A stretch of 63,937 nucleotides of DNA, counting the filler, from Lama guanicoe (taxonomy: Eukaryota), in assembly GCA_013239625.1 (NCBI GenBank). It is 152 parts of 152 records of this genome, joined end to end, with 100 filler letters (N's around TTAATTAATTAA, not from the genome) between each part and the next. Parts side by side here need not be neighbours in the genome. Positions count along the whole stretch, not along the records: positions 50,954 to 51,275 come from PNXV01056054.1; positions 51,376 to 51,697 come from PNXV01056055.1; positions 51,798 to 52,119 come from PNXV01056056.1; positions 52,220 to 52,541 come from PNXV01056057.1; positions 52,642 to 52,963 come from PNXV01056058.1; positions 53,064 to 53,385 come from PNXV01056059.1; positions 53,486 to 53,807 come from PNXV01056060.1; positions 53,908 to 54,229 come from PNXV01056061.1; 144 more parts are not named here. One strand, 5' to 3'. The stretch's first letter is position 1, and each line of letters opens with the position of its first letter. The position numbers and the translations under genes were made by a program. Below the pieces are notes generated by a model. It did no database searches and was not told the DNA's origin. It saw only the letters and a program-made list of their open reading frames with translations. This document shows, piece after piece, positions 50,854-63,937 of this stretch.

Positions 50854-52219
50854 NNNNNNNNNNNNNNNNNNNNNNNNNNNNNNNNNNNNNNNNNNNNTTA
50901 ATTAATTAANNNNNNNNNNNNNNNNNNNNNNNNNNNNNNNNNNNNNNNNNNNNTTAAGGTTTAAAAAAAAAGCCCACTTACTGCTTTCAAAGCGCACGTC
51001 CAGCCCAGCGGCGAGCTAGGGAACGCGCCTCGCTGCGCACTTCGGCGAAGCCCCACCTGGAAGAACAACGTGGGGAGACGGAGGTGGCAGGAGGCTTGCG
51101 GTCAGCGCAGGGAGGGGAGCTGGTTCCTGAAGCTCGTGTCCGGGGCCGGGTCAGCGTGTGCCGTAGGCAGGCCGCGTCATAAACTAACATGTATTGTTTG
51201 AAAACGCATTGCTTGGTCTAATTCTCCAGGTACGAGGAGGGAAGGAGGCCAAGCAAGCGTGGGCTTGGACTCCTCNNNNNNNNNNNNNNNNNNNNNNNNN
51301 NNNNNNNNNNNNNNNNNNNTTAATTAATTAANNNNNNNNNNNNNNNNNNNNNNNNNNNNNNNNNNNNNNNNNNNNGTCTAACATTTCAGTGAGGATACAT
51401 ACAAAAACAAAACATTCAATAAAATCTATGATCTCAACCTAAAGTTGAGAATCCTAAGAGTTACACAATGAAGTACAGACATTTCTGACACTGGGAAAAT
51501 TAAAATCAGATTTAATGAACAAAGTCAATAGAAAAATGACAGGGAATAATTCTTTGTTATACAAATGACACAGGCAGACTAACTCATCAAAATGAGTGAA
51601 CCGCTCACCTTGCCTTCAGCTAAGGAGAAAAGAGGAAGTTGTGGGTAGGGGTTTGGAACTTCAAAGGGGAGGTAGGTAATTTACATGGAGATGGAAANNN
51701 NNNNNNNNNNNNNNNNNNNNNNNNNNNNNNNNNNNNNNNNNTTAATTAATTAANNNNNNNNNNNNNNNNNNNNNNNNNNNNNNNNNNNNNNNNNNNNTTT
51801 TTTTAAAGATTTGTTTTAAAATATTAGTCAATGTAATAAAATGTGTCTAAAACAAAATTTTTTAAAAATGAAGAATGAAGTCAAGTTATTGTTTGTAGTT
51901 TTTCTGATAGCTCTGAAAGTACCTATAAATAAGAAGCTTATATTCCTTATAAATACTATCTGTTAAATTTCTTGTTGATAACTGAGGATTATCAATAAAA
52001 ATAATTGAGGAAAACACCAACCCCACCTGTCCTTATCCAATTCCACAGCCACACATGTGTGTGCATTCAATGGTCTACAATTTTAAACAGCACACTGAAC
52101 TTCTGTTTTTCCTGTATATNNNNNNNNNNNNNNNNNNNNNNNNNNNNNNNNNNNNNNNNNNNNTTAATTAATTAANNNNNNNNNNNNNNNNNNNNNNNNN
52201 NNNNNNNNNNNNNNNNNNN

Positions 52220-52541
<322 letters not shown>

Positions 52542-54039
52542 NNNNNNNNNNNNNNNNNNNNNNNNNNNNNNNNNNNNNNNNNNNNTTAATTAATTAANNN
52601 NNNNNNNNNNNNNNNNNNNNNNNNNNNNNNNNNNNNNNNNNATCAATCCATATTCTCTTTGCACACACACTTTGCCTTCCTTTTTGTTACTATTTTTCTC
52701 CTGCTCAGCGGCCCGTGATAATCCAAAGAATTTAAGTCAACTGGATCAGCAACAGGTGACGGAGGAAGGATAGGGAAGCACGCAGGGTCCTGCAGCTCCT
52801 CGAGAAGGACCTAACCCGGGGAGGGAATGGGAAAGAATCGTGCGAGAGGGCTGCTGGCTCCACCGGGACTATCTGGAGCTCCGCGGGAGGTCCGAGGCTG
52901 GACCAGGCAGGAAAGTGGGAGGAGGGATGGCGAAGCCGCGATCACGACGCCTGGCCTCTAAGGNNNNNNNNNNNNNNNNNNNNNNNNNNNNNNNNNNNNN
53001 NNNNNNNTTAATTAATTAANNNNNNNNNNNNNNNNNNNNNNNNNNNNNNNNNNNNNNNNNNNNTGTAATAGTTGCATTTCATCTGATTTCATGGAAAGAC
53101 TATGAATTAAGAAGGTCTGATGGCCCGTTCTAGACTTGGCAGCCACTAGCCACGAGCAATCTGACCTTGAGTAAGTCACAATGTAACTGGAAATTAATTC
53201 CTTTATATATAAAATTATAATCTTTTTCAAGCCATATGCAGGACTGTATTTTTTAAATTAATAAAGTATGAGCAGCTGGAATCCAAGAAGATCAGATATA
53301 TTCTGTTTTCTGCAACTTCTCAAAGAGATTCCTGTCTTATTACAAGAGGTGGTGCCTGCCATTTTGAAGAGCTAAATAAAACATTNNNNNNNNNNNNNNN
53401 NNNNNNNNNNNNNNNNNNNNNNNNNNNNNTTAATTAATTAANNNNNNNNNNNNNNNNNNNNNNNNNNNNNNNNNNNNNNNNNNNNGTGGAGGAGCCCGGT
53501 TACGGAGCTGCTCCTGCTGGCATTTACTGCTGCATCGCTGTTCCCCCCACCTCCCGGGCAGCGCAACAGTCTCACCTTGACCTGTTTGTGGCCCAGCCTG
53601 GACCCCAGAGCTGCTGCAGGGCTGGCTGCCTCCCCCACCTGGAAGGAGGGCCCCGTGGGCTCCAGGGACAGCTGGCACAGAGTGGAGTGGACTCTTTCTA
53701 TACCCAACACCTTCTCCCTGGCAGTGGTGGCGCCCCGCCCACCTCAGAGTCAGGAGGCTGTGGGAGGATGAATGGCGCTCACGGGGCTCACTGAGAGCAC
53801 TGTCGCCNNNNNNNNNNNNNNNNNNNNNNNNNNNNNNNNNNNNNNNNNNNNTTAATTAATTAANNNNNNNNNNNNNNNNNNNNNNNNNNNNNNNNNNNNN
53901 NNNNNNNTCTTACATTACCAAGTATGTGACCGAGCTTCTGATAAAATGATAACTAGGCAACTTGAAGCAGTTAACCAGATATGTAGCTCTGTACAACCTA
54001 GGAATAAGCATTCTTAGCACCATGGGAAAAAATGGTCAT

Positions 54040-54229
54040 GAAATGCCTCCCTAATCATGGTCAAATTTATGACCACGAGGGACCCTGCCAGTTAAAATTG
54101 GCACTTGCCATCTGCCTCTGCAAGGATGCAGTTGCCAGCCTTCAGCACACCCTAAAAGGAATTCAGGGTGAAGATTGGGAATAAAGCACTAGGTGTTCTG
54201 GGGAAAACTGGCAAGAACAGGTCTTCAGA
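54040..54229 (+). mobile_element. Possible ERV LTR fragment
   Basis: CACCCTAAAGGAATTCAGGGTG..GGGAAAACTGGCAAGAACAGGTCTTCAG resembles artiodactyl LTR U3 sequence, by recollection only. Confidence 0.35.
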
Positions 54230-54329
54230 NNNNNNNNNNNNNNNNNNNNNNNNNNNNNNNNNNNNNNNNNNNNTTAATTAATTAANNNNNNNNNNNNNNN
54301 NNNNNNNNNNNNNNNNNNNNNNNNNNNNN

Positions 54330-54460
54330 TTATTTATAACTGCCAAGATATGGAAGCACCCTAAGTGCACATCAATAGATGAACTGATAAAGACGATGCA
54401 GCACATACACGTAATGGAACACAACTCACTCATAAGAAAGAAGGATATTCTGCCACTTGT
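54330..54460 (+). mobile_element. LINE-1 ORF2 C-terminal fragment (the contig is a mosaic of L1 pieces)
   Basis: GCCAAGATATGGAAGCACCCTAAGTGCACATCAATAGATGAA. Confidence 0.85.
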
Positions 54461-55357
54461 GGTCCTTCATTCACTTTTCTTTTCACTTCAAAACCAGAAT
54501 TTAATAGCTGGCATAAACATTTTCATTGCATCAAAAACAACATTATACCTAGAAATAAACTTAACCAAGGAGGTGGTAGCCATAAATTTATTTTCTATGT
54601 CTGTGAGTCTCTTTCTGTTTTATAAATAAGCTACTTTGTGTCTTTTTTTTTNNNNNNNNNNNNNNNNNNNNNNNNNNNNNNNNNNNNNNNNNNNNTTAAT
54701 TAATTAANNNNNNNNNNNNNNNNNNNNNNNNNNNNNNNNNNNNNNNNNNNNGGGTTGGGGAGAGGGATGGGGTGGGTAAGTTTCCCCATAGGCATTCACT
54801 AAGGTGCCTGAAATGAAGGCATCCATTTCCTGAAGGGGACGGGGCAGAGGAGGTGCCAGACAGCCTGGGAGGGATCCCGACACTCTAGACTGACAGCGAG
54901 GGATGTCTCATGGAAGCCAGGGTTCCAGTGTTGCCCTGACTTTGCCCCTCATTTTGCAAGGACCTGGGGACCGGCAAAGTTCACATCAGCCTGACTCAAG
55001 GCCTAGCCGAAGGCAATGTTTTTGCCCGGAGACTGTCAGACCAGGGGTGCAGGCATGGGGATTGCAAGGCGACNNNNNNNNNNNNNNNNNNNNNNNNNNN
55101 NNNNNNNNNNNNNNNNNTTAATTAATTAANNNNNNNNNNNNNNNNNNNNNNNNNNNNNNNNNNNNNNNNNNNNGGCGCGCTCAGCCCGGGCGCCCGGCCC
55201 GTTACCCCGCGGAGCGCGCTCCGTCCGGGCAGCGGCGCCCGGCGGGACCTTAGGCCGGGCCGGGCCGGGCCTGGGCGGCTGCTCCGGCCGGGCTGCGGGC
55301 CTCACGGGGCTGTAGCGGCGTGAGGGGCGCGCGCCCGGGCCGCCGCCGCGGACTCAC

Positions 55358-55495
55358 CTTCTGGCGGATCTGGCCCGACGTGGACACCTTGCGGATGAGC
55401 TTCTGCGGGGAGCCAGGCTCCGCCTCGGGCTCGCTGTCGGACGACTCCTCAGGCGGCGGCGGCGGAGGTGGCTGCGGCGGGCCCGGCGGAGGGGC
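55358..55495 (-). CDS. DGKD: DGKD (diacylglycerol kinase delta) exon 1, 5'-truncated
   Basis: 46 codons [46 protein letters not shown], then donor AAG|GTGAGT and a GC-rich intron; not in the ORF track. Confidence 0.93.
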
Positions 55496-55639
55496 NNNNN
55501 NNNNNNNNNNNNNNNNNNNNNNNNNNNNNNNNNNNNNNNTTAATTAATTAANNNNNNNNNNNNNNNNNNNNNNNNNNNNNNNNNNNNNNNNNNNNGTTCT
55601 GTGGATGATGTAAGAGAGCAGTCCAGTGGGAGTCTTGTG

Positions 55640-55815
55640 CCTGTAGCCGTCCAGCTTTCCCCACGCTATTTGTTGTAGAGACTGTCCTTTCAACTACTGT
55701 GCGTTTTAGGCTTCTTTATTGTAAATCTCTTGAACATACATGTGTGGGTTTACTTCTGGGCTCTGTATTCTGTTCCATTGATCTGTGCATCTGTTTCTAT
55801 GCCAATATCATAACA
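55640..55815 (-). mobile_element. LINE-1 ORF2 fragment
   Basis: TTCTGGGCTCTGTATTCTGTTCCATTGATCTGTG..ATGCCAATATCA. Confidence 0.8.
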
Positions 55816-58126
55816 GTTGAGTCACTACACTTTTGGTTCACTTTCTCCTTCTCTAAATTCCACCTGGAAAGCCAGCACTGGGGCAGGTCTCCTGAGCGCT
55901 TCAGGGGCCTTTTCCCANNNNNNNNNNNNNNNNNNNNNNNNNNNNNNNNNNNNNNNNNNNNTTAATTAATTAANNNNNNNNNNNNNNNNNNNNNNNNNNN
56001 NNNNNNNNNNNNNNNNNTAGATGTTAAGCCAGACCCCGAGATTCCAGCGTGTCTCTCAATGAAAGAAATGACCACAGAGCTCAAGGCTCTCAGACAGCTG
56101 TCCCTCGTACTAGTGCCGGTCGGATGATGCAGCCTCCCTTACGGTTTACACCGAAACAGGACCAGCAGTAGCTGACGGACATGGAACTGGTCAATTCAGC
56201 CTAAGTACCTTGTGCACTCGGCGAACGGCACTTCCCTATTTTCAGTCAGAAGATGGGGTCTGTGTTCACCTCTCAGGTCAGAGCCATCCGTGGGCAGTGA
56301 AGGGAGAGCCCTGGACCCCTCTGGCTGGGAGAGCTGTGGNNNNNNNNNNNNNNNNNNNNNNNNNNNNNNNNNNNNNNNNNNNNTTAATTAATTAANNNNN
56401 NNNNNNNNNNNNNNNNNNNNNNNNNNNNNNNNNNNNNNNCTTCCAATGGCTTTCAGGACTTCTCTACAAAGGACAGGAATTCTGGGGCTCAGAAGACCCA
56501 TAAGCAAAGTCACCATAAGGGGCCTGTGGACAGTGTCCATGATGCTGGTTGAGGCCAGTCCCCCAACAAGTGTGGTTTTGTGCCTGCTGAGGGCCCCCTG
56601 CTGAGATGCTTCTAACTCCTGCCTGATCTAACATCAAACATCCACCCTGCCGCCCTGGCCCCCCAGCTGTGCCGACACCCAGGCTTGCTTTCTTCTTTTG
56701 TTGTATGTATATATTTTACTGACGTATAGTCAGTTTACAATGTTGTGTCAATTTCTGGTGNNNNNNNNNNNNNNNNNNNNNNNNNNNNNNNNNNNNNNNN
56801 NNNNTTAATTAATTAANNNNNNNNNNNNNNNNNNNNNNNNNNNNNNNNNNNNNNNNNNNNAAGATGAAGACGTCCTAGAGATCCGTTTCACAACATGAAT
56901 ATACTTAACATTGCTGAACTGCATATTTAGTAATGATTAAGACAGTAAACTTTGTGCGTTTTCTTAACACAATAAATTTTTTAGAGATTAATTTTAATTT
57001 ATCCCAGGAATGTAAAGTTGCTTCAATTTTAGGAAATTTATCAATTTAATTTACCACAGTAACAAATAAAAGGAAATAGTGTGATTATCTCAAAAGATGA
57101 AAAAATTAATAAAAATCAATATTCATTCTTGACTAAAAAAAAAAAGACCTAACAAATCTTCTCAAATGAAAAGTTTTCTACANNNNNNNNNNNNNNNNNN
57201 NNNNNNNNNNNNNNNNNNNNNNNNNNTTAATTAATTAANNNNNNNNNNNNNNNNNNNNNNNNNNNNNNNNNNNNNNNNNNNNTAAAGTTAAAGAAAGATT
57301 TTAACTTAGTGATCCCTAGTCGCATTTAATGTAATTGTTTTATTTTTTAATGTAATGTAATTGTATTTTTGATGTTTTACTAGTATTTGTGTTTTTCTGA
57401 TTGTATTTCTCTGACTATAAAAGGGATGTCTATTTATTAGGGAAACTTTGAGCAAAGTACAGAGAAGAAAATAGAAATCACCCATAACCCAGAGATAATC
57501 ATTAAACTATTTTGTTGCATTTTCTGCCACTTTTATATCTATTTTTCATATTATTAATCATAGTGTATGTATCAGTTGGTACCTTTTTTCACTTTCTAAA
57601 TAAANNNNNNNNNNNNNNNNNNNNNNNNNNNNNNNNNNNNNNNNNNNNTTAATTAATTAANNNNNNNNNNNNNNNNNNNNNNNNNNNNNNNNNNNNNNNN
57701 NNNNGGAAGGTACCTTTGATGAAGTGACACGAGCAGAGACTGGTAAGAAGTAGCAGAGTGAGGCAGGCAGGTATGCTGGGGGAGGAAGCAGAGGAGTGAT
57801 AGGATTTCACTAACTTTCCCAAAGAATCACTGAGCCTGAAACAAGGAATCCAGTCAGAGACCACAGCAGTAGTCCAGGAGGAGATGGCGGCTGGGACCCG
57901 GGAGTCGTGCTTAGGGTGCGAACGTGCCGATTATGCATACAACTGAGTGGTGTGCTGGAGAAGGCTTGGGCTGGCTCATGAGAACCCACTGTTACCTTTG
58001 CAGGAATCCTGCAAGCTGCTTGTTGANNNNNNNNNNNNNNNNNNNNNNNNNNNNNNNNNNNNNNNNNNNNTTAATTAATTAANNNNNNNNNNNNNNNNNN
58101 NNNNNNNNNNNNNNNNNNNNNNNNNN

Positions 58127-58446
58127 AAAAATATTTTTATTGAAGTATAGTCAGTTTACAATGTTGTGTCAACAGTTTACAACATTTTGTGTACAACAGA
58201 ATGCTTCAGTCATATAGGAACATACATATATTTATTTTCATATTCTTTTTTTTATCAAACTACTACAAGATACTGAATATAGTTCCCTGTGTTGTACAGT
58301 ATAAACTAGTTGTTAATATACTTTAGATTATTATCTGCGAATTTCAAACTCCTAATTTTTCCCTTCCCACCCTTTTTCCCCCTTTGGTAACCATAAGTTT
58401 GTTTTCTATGTCTATGAATCTGTTTTTGTTTTGTAAATAAGTTTGT
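58127..58446 (-). mobile_element. LINE-1 3' end
   Basis: ATTGAAGTATAGTCAGTTTACAATGTTGTGTCAA..CCCCTTTGGTAACCATAAGTTTG. Confidence 0.92.
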
Positions 58447-60657
58447 NNNNNNNNNNNNNNNNNNNNNNNNNNNNNNNNNNNNNNNNNNNNTTAATTAATT
58501 AANNNNNNNNNNNNNNNNNNNNNNNNNNNNNNNNNNNNNNNNNNNNTGGCCAAAATGCTCTGCGTGTAGGAAGAGCTGGCACTGGACGCCTTGTCAGGGC
58601 CTGTGTCCTCACGCCCCTCCTCACAGGCCCTGCAGGCTCTCAGCTCTGCCGTGTCCCCCTGGAGTCCCCTACACACCACACCGGGAGCCTGAGGCCCTGA
58701 GATGGGCTTGTTCAAGGAATCACGGGGGGTCAAATGTGGCAAAGGTCAGGGGGTAGGGAGGCCGGTTTTGTGTGGATACACCACATCCTGTTTATCTAGT
58801 CATCTCTTGATGGGCATTTGGATTGCTTCCACTTTTTGGCGATTATGAATAATGTTGCCATGGAATTTNNNNNNNNNNNNNNNNNNNNNNNNNNNNNNNN
58901 NNNNNNNNNNNNTTAATTAATTAANNNNNNNNNNNNNNNNNNNNNNNNNNNNNNNNNNNNNNNNNNNNTTCATGTCATTCTCACCACACACCTATTACTA
59001 TTTTAGTTTTACTGCCGATAAATGAGGCTCAGGGAAGAAATACTTAAGACACTCGTATTTACTAGTATTTACAGGATTCAGGTCTTTTGACACCAGCGAC
59101 TACTTTTTCTACTGCAACCAACCTACAGTGGCTAGTACATGTCCGTAAAGAGGTCAGATGGTTCTGCTGTGAATTTTAGTTCCTACAAGGTGGAACTCTT
59201 CCAGAAGGGGGTAAAAGGGAGAAGGGGTTTTGGTAAATGGCTGACACAAGACTACAAAAATCCACAAATATCTAATCATTGAAGTGGGAANNNNNNNNNN
59301 NNNNNNNNNNNNNNNNNNNNNNNNNNNNNNNNNNTTAATTAATTAANNNNNNNNNNNNNNNNNNNNNNNNNNNNNNNNNNNNNNNNNNNNCAGCATCTTG
59401 CGCCCCCTGTGCAATTCTCACAACTTTATCATGGCCTTGCTGGAGCCCAGGGTAGGCCACCCCTACGCGTACCTCAGTGGCATATTAATTATTTCGAATT
59501 AGAGTTATTTAGAAATGGCCACTACCAACAGGGACACTGTGACCCTCCTCTCTACCTCTGAAAGTAGGAAAAAACGTGACAGTTGTACTCTTTGCAACTA
59601 GAGGTAGAGGACATACTTATCTCCAAGAAGCCTGTATAAACATACCGTGTTACTTCAATTTAGTACCCCAAGTCCATGCCCCGTTTGGATTCCTTACTAA
59701 TGAAGCATGCAANNNNNNNNNNNNNNNNNNNNNNNNNNNNNNNNNNNNNNNNNNNNTTAATTAATTAANNNNNNNNNNNNNNNNNNNNNNNNNNNNNNNN
59801 NNNNNNNNNNNNTTTTTTTTTGACAATTTAAAAGAATAAATCTATTCTTAGCTCACACACTGTACAAAAACAGGTTTTTCCCATCACCATAGTTTGCCAA
59901 CCCCTCACATAGGGAGTCAGCAGACACAGGATTCACAGTGGTGTCTTAGTGAGTTCTTAAGACTCACCACTTCAGTGTTTCAGGATGGGACTCGCAGAAA
60001 TGGCTTTTCTGATTCTGATCCCCTAGCCTTTCAGATGATGTGTAGTTCTTTAATTTCCTCTTTTAAAACACTTCATGCTTGAAATATACAAAATGAATTC
60101 TGCTTTAATGACCAAACTCTGGCTCTTAGAACATNNNNNNNNNNNNNNNNNNNNNNNNNNNNNNNNNNNNNNNNNNNNTTAATTAATTAANNNNNNNNNN
60201 NNNNNNNNNNNNNNNNNNNNNNNNNNNNNNNNNNAGATAAACAATGAAAAACCTCCGTCACTACTGTCTTTTGATCAGGGCTTCTCCATCTAACACCCCT
60301 CCCTCACCATCCCTTATCCTGGGTAACTTTTTTCCAACACACTTGTCACCAGCTGATATAAGCAGACGTGTCAGTTTCTGCTTCCTCCTCATTGATTGGA
60401 GATTGTAAGAGAAAAGGGACCAGTCTCTTGCCAGGCGTCCCCAGCTCTTAGGGAACAACGCCCAGTCGGAGGCAGATCTAAGAGTCTGGGGCTGGTGCGG
60501 TGCAGGGCGAGCTCTGGGAGGCCGCCAGAGGGACCAGCAGCGGCAGTCCATGGAGTGNNNNNNNNNNNNNNNNNNNNNNNNNNNNNNNNNNNNNNNNNNN
60601 NTTAATTAATTAANNNNNNNNNNNNNNNNNNNNNNNNNNNNNNNNNNNNNNNNNNNN

Positions 60658-60978
60658 ATATACCTGTCAGTATCTACAAATCTCAAACTCCCAGTCTGTC
60701 CCTCCCCATACCTCTCCCCTCTGGCAACCACAAGTTTCTATTCTGTGTCTGTGAGTCTATTTCTGTTTTATATTTAAGTTCATTTATCTTTTTAATTTTT
60801 TTTAGATTCCACATATGAGTGAGATCGTGTGGTATTTTTCTTTATCTTTCTGGCTTACTTCACTTGAAATGACAAACCCCAGGTCCATCCATGTTGCTGC
60901 AAGTGGCATTTTGTTGTCATTTTTATGGCTGAGAAGTTTTCCATTGTATAAATATACCACATCTTCTTTATCCAGTCA
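60658..60978 (-). mobile_element. LINE-1 3' region
   Basis: TTTAGATTCCACATATGAGTGAGATC..AGGTCCATCCATGTTGCTGCAAGTGGC. Confidence 0.92.
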
Positions 60979-61078
60979 NNNNNNNNNNNNNNNNNNNNNN
61001 NNNNNNNNNNNNNNNNNNNNNNTTAATTAATTAANNNNNNNNNNNNNNNNNNNNNNNNNNNNNNNNNNNNNNNNNNNN

Positions 61079-61400
61079 TGAGGGAGTCATCTAACTTCAT
61101 TGATTTCCATGCAGCTGCCCAGTTTTCCCGACAGCATTTGCTGAAGAGGCTGTTCCCTTCATTGTATGTTCTTGCCTCCTTTGTCAAATATTGATTGACC
61201 AAAAGTTTGTGGATTTGTTTCTGAGCTCTCATTTCTGTTCTATTGATCCGTATGTCTGTTTTTGTACCAATATCGTGCTGTTTAGATTGTAGGTCTGTAG
61301 TACTGCCTGAAGTCTGGGAGGGATATTCCTCCAGCTTTGTTCTTTTTCTTGAGTAATGCTTTGGTAATTCTGGGTCTTTTGTGATTCCATATAAATTTTA
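61079..61400 (-). mobile_element. LINE-1 ORF2 fragment
   Basis: Reverse of the L1 region containing SLFSKCCRENW..KSMKLD. Confidence 0.9.
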
Positions 61401-63255
61401 NNNNNNNNNNNNNNNNNNNNNNNNNNNNNNNNNNNNNNNNNNNNTTAATTAATTAANNNNNNNNNNNNNNNNNNNNNNNNNNNNNNNNNNNNNNNNNNNN
61501 TATAAAAAGCTAAGCTATTGGTTGTATCTACATTGTAGGATTTTTCACAATTTAAATTTTAGGTTCCGGAAGTAATTACCAAAGTTTAAAAATATTTAAT
61601 GTCCTTTTGAGTACAAATAGCCTGTTATCTTCCTCTTGAGTTAGTCTGAGTGAAAAAAAATCTAGGGTCACATCTTTCATAATACAGTTTGGATACCAAG
61701 CAACTGGATGTTCGGGGTATATGTTGTGTGTATTTCTAGTTTAGGAAGAGATTAAAAGGACAGGTGAGTTGTCGCACATCAGTGTGCCATTCCTTCTGGG
61801 ATGAAAATGAAATTTTAGACTTCNNNNNNNNNNNNNNNNNNNNNNNNNNNNNNNNNNNNNNNNNNNNTTAATTAATTAANNNNNNNNNNNNNNNNNNNNN
61901 NNNNNNNNNNNNNNNNNNNNNNNTGGCCATGTAAATCTGGAGCTCAGAAAATGTGAAACTGAGAGAAACATCCCTGTCCCATGCCTGGTGAGCAACATGT
62001 AAGACTGGGCGGGACTCTTTAGCAATAAAGGGAACAGAAGAAACACTGAAGAGGACTTTGGAGTGAGCCCTGAGAATTTCCAAGCCTCGGTGCCCTAAAG
62101 GCATCACACATCTCCATCTACTTAGAGTGAAATGCTTTGCATTTGGCTGTAATCCACAACATGCCTCTGGTCAAAAGCATTCAGTGACATGAAATACCCA
62201 TAAAACAAAGCCAAAATGTTCTGACTGACCTTGTATGCCCCCCCCCNNNNNNNNNNNNNNNNNNNNNNNNNNNNNNNNNNNNNNNNNNNNTTAATTAATT
62301 AANNNNNNNNNNNNNNNNNNNNNNNNNNNNNNNNNNNNNNNNNNNNAAAGTATCTGGACATAGTTGCAACAGTATTGTTTATAGTAGCAAAACAACTACA
62401 AAATACAGTAAATAAATGGTGGCGAATGTGCCATATATAGAAAACGGAACACTGCGTAACGTTAAAAATGATGATGTAGATACAGTTACTAACTTGAAGA
62501 ATGTCTCCGACACGTGATGGAAAGCAAAGCCCGTTGGAGAACAGCAAGTGGGATGACTGCTATTTTGTGCACTTGCCGCATTACTCGCGGGCCACCAGTT
62601 TACTCATCAGGACTCTGTGTGGACGATGTGAACAAGAAACAGTGCTTTTCTCTGAATTATGGGAATTCANNNNNNNNNNNNNNNNNNNNNNNNNNNNNNN
62701 NNNNNNNNNNNNNTTAATTAATTAANNNNNNNNNNNNNNNNNNNNNNNNNNNNNNNNNNNNNNNNNNNNGACTCCCTCCCAGAGATAGCGCAGGCAAGAA
62801 TGTGTTCACAGGCTCCAAGTAGCTAAGCAAGGATATACCAGGAACCAAGGGTATCAGGTCCTACAGACCATGTGGCTCTGCTTCTCCCTGGACCCTCATT
62901 CTCAGCCAGGCTCCTCTGCTTCTCTTTGGCCAATGTGGCTCGGAGCTCCATGTCTTATAAGACTTACCCTCCACTGCCCATTACTGCTTCTTTTTGTTCA
63001 AATTATAGGTCAACCAATTGGTAGACCAGAAGACCATAATTACGGTCCAAACACCTATGAGGTCTTGGGTTGGGATGGTGGTGGGGGGGGAGNNNNNNNN
63101 NNNNNNNNNNNNNNNNNNNNNNNNNNNNNNNNNNNNTTAATTAATTAANNNNNNNNNNNNNNNNNNNNNNNNNNNNNNNNNNNNNNNNNNNNTTTTTTTA
63201 TTATGAATGTGCCCCCAGACACGTGAACCTGCAGTGGTTTGCAGGGCTGTGGTCT

Positions 63256-63514
63256 TGTTGCAGAAAAACGTGTTATAGCTCTGTGTTGCAGCTCAGTTGT
63301 GACAGCAACCTGGATCCGAGTGAGAGACCAAACAGCACTTGGAGATTTGGAGAACTCAGGTTTATTATGCCAGCAGACCCAGGGGAGTTACCACTCCAAG
63401 CTCCAGACCCCATCTGTAGGGTTACACAGGCTTTTATAGGCTGCCAGTTTACACTTTGCAACATGATATGCAAATAAGGTATAACAAAAGTTGACTAATT
63501 AGAAACAAGCTTTG
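63256..63514 (-). mobile_element. ERV LTR 3' part
   Basis: Minus-strand CCTATAAAAGC (~63435), AATAAA (63361-63366) and a terminal TGCAACA. Confidence 0.6.
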
Positions 63515-63937
63515 NNNNNNNNNNNNNNNNNNNNNNNNNNNNNNNNNNNNNNNNNNNNTTAATTAATTAANNNNNNNNNNNNNNNNNNNNNNNNNNNNNN
63601 NNNNNNNNNNNNNNCATGAATATAGACATAATTAGGGAGTAACTGAAGAGAGTATTTAAAATACACCCACGTCTTCAAAATAGCATAAAACCCAACCGAA
63701 GTGTTGGGCAATGAACATGGAAGAAGAGGAAGAAAATCTGACATCACCCAAGCAGGGATGGTGGGGAAAACCGAACTGTAATTTACAAGATAAGGAGATG
63801 CTAAAAATACCTGGGGGAAAAAAAACATAAGAAGTTTACAACACAAGTTAAAAGATTGAAATTTATTATTAGGAGATAAATAAAAATACTATTATCTTGC
63901 ACACAGTGAAATTATCACACCCAGGCCACTGACTCTC

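Overview
This is not a continuous locus. It is an artificial concatenation of about 150 short (~320-323 bp) unplaced assembly contigs from a mammalian genome. Each contig is separated by an identical 100-nt linker (44 N + TTAATTAATTAA + 44 N), and contigs are ordered roughly by increasing length. Vic-1-like tRNA-derived SINEs point to a camelid (alpaca, llama or camel). Adjacent contigs have no demonstrable genomic relationship, so no gene-neighbourhood inference is valid, and most ORF-track entries are chance ORFs or run into the linker. Real content: many LINE-1 fragments, MIR/L2, MER20, a Tigger2-like element, MLT1 and ERV LTRs. Coding pieces are the first coding exons of TMTC1 and DGKD, a TRIM5-family PRY-SPRY exon, an open filaggrin-2-like repeat segment and an ACTB-like processed pseudogene. 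There is also a class II ERV env/PPT/LTR junction, four tandem-repeat or satellite contigs, CpG-island promoter fragments, and a near-identical contig pair that looks like an assembly bubble. I found no support for a novel multi-gene biological system; the striking regular 'array' is an assembly artefact. Gene and repeat names come from recognition of motifs, not from database searches.
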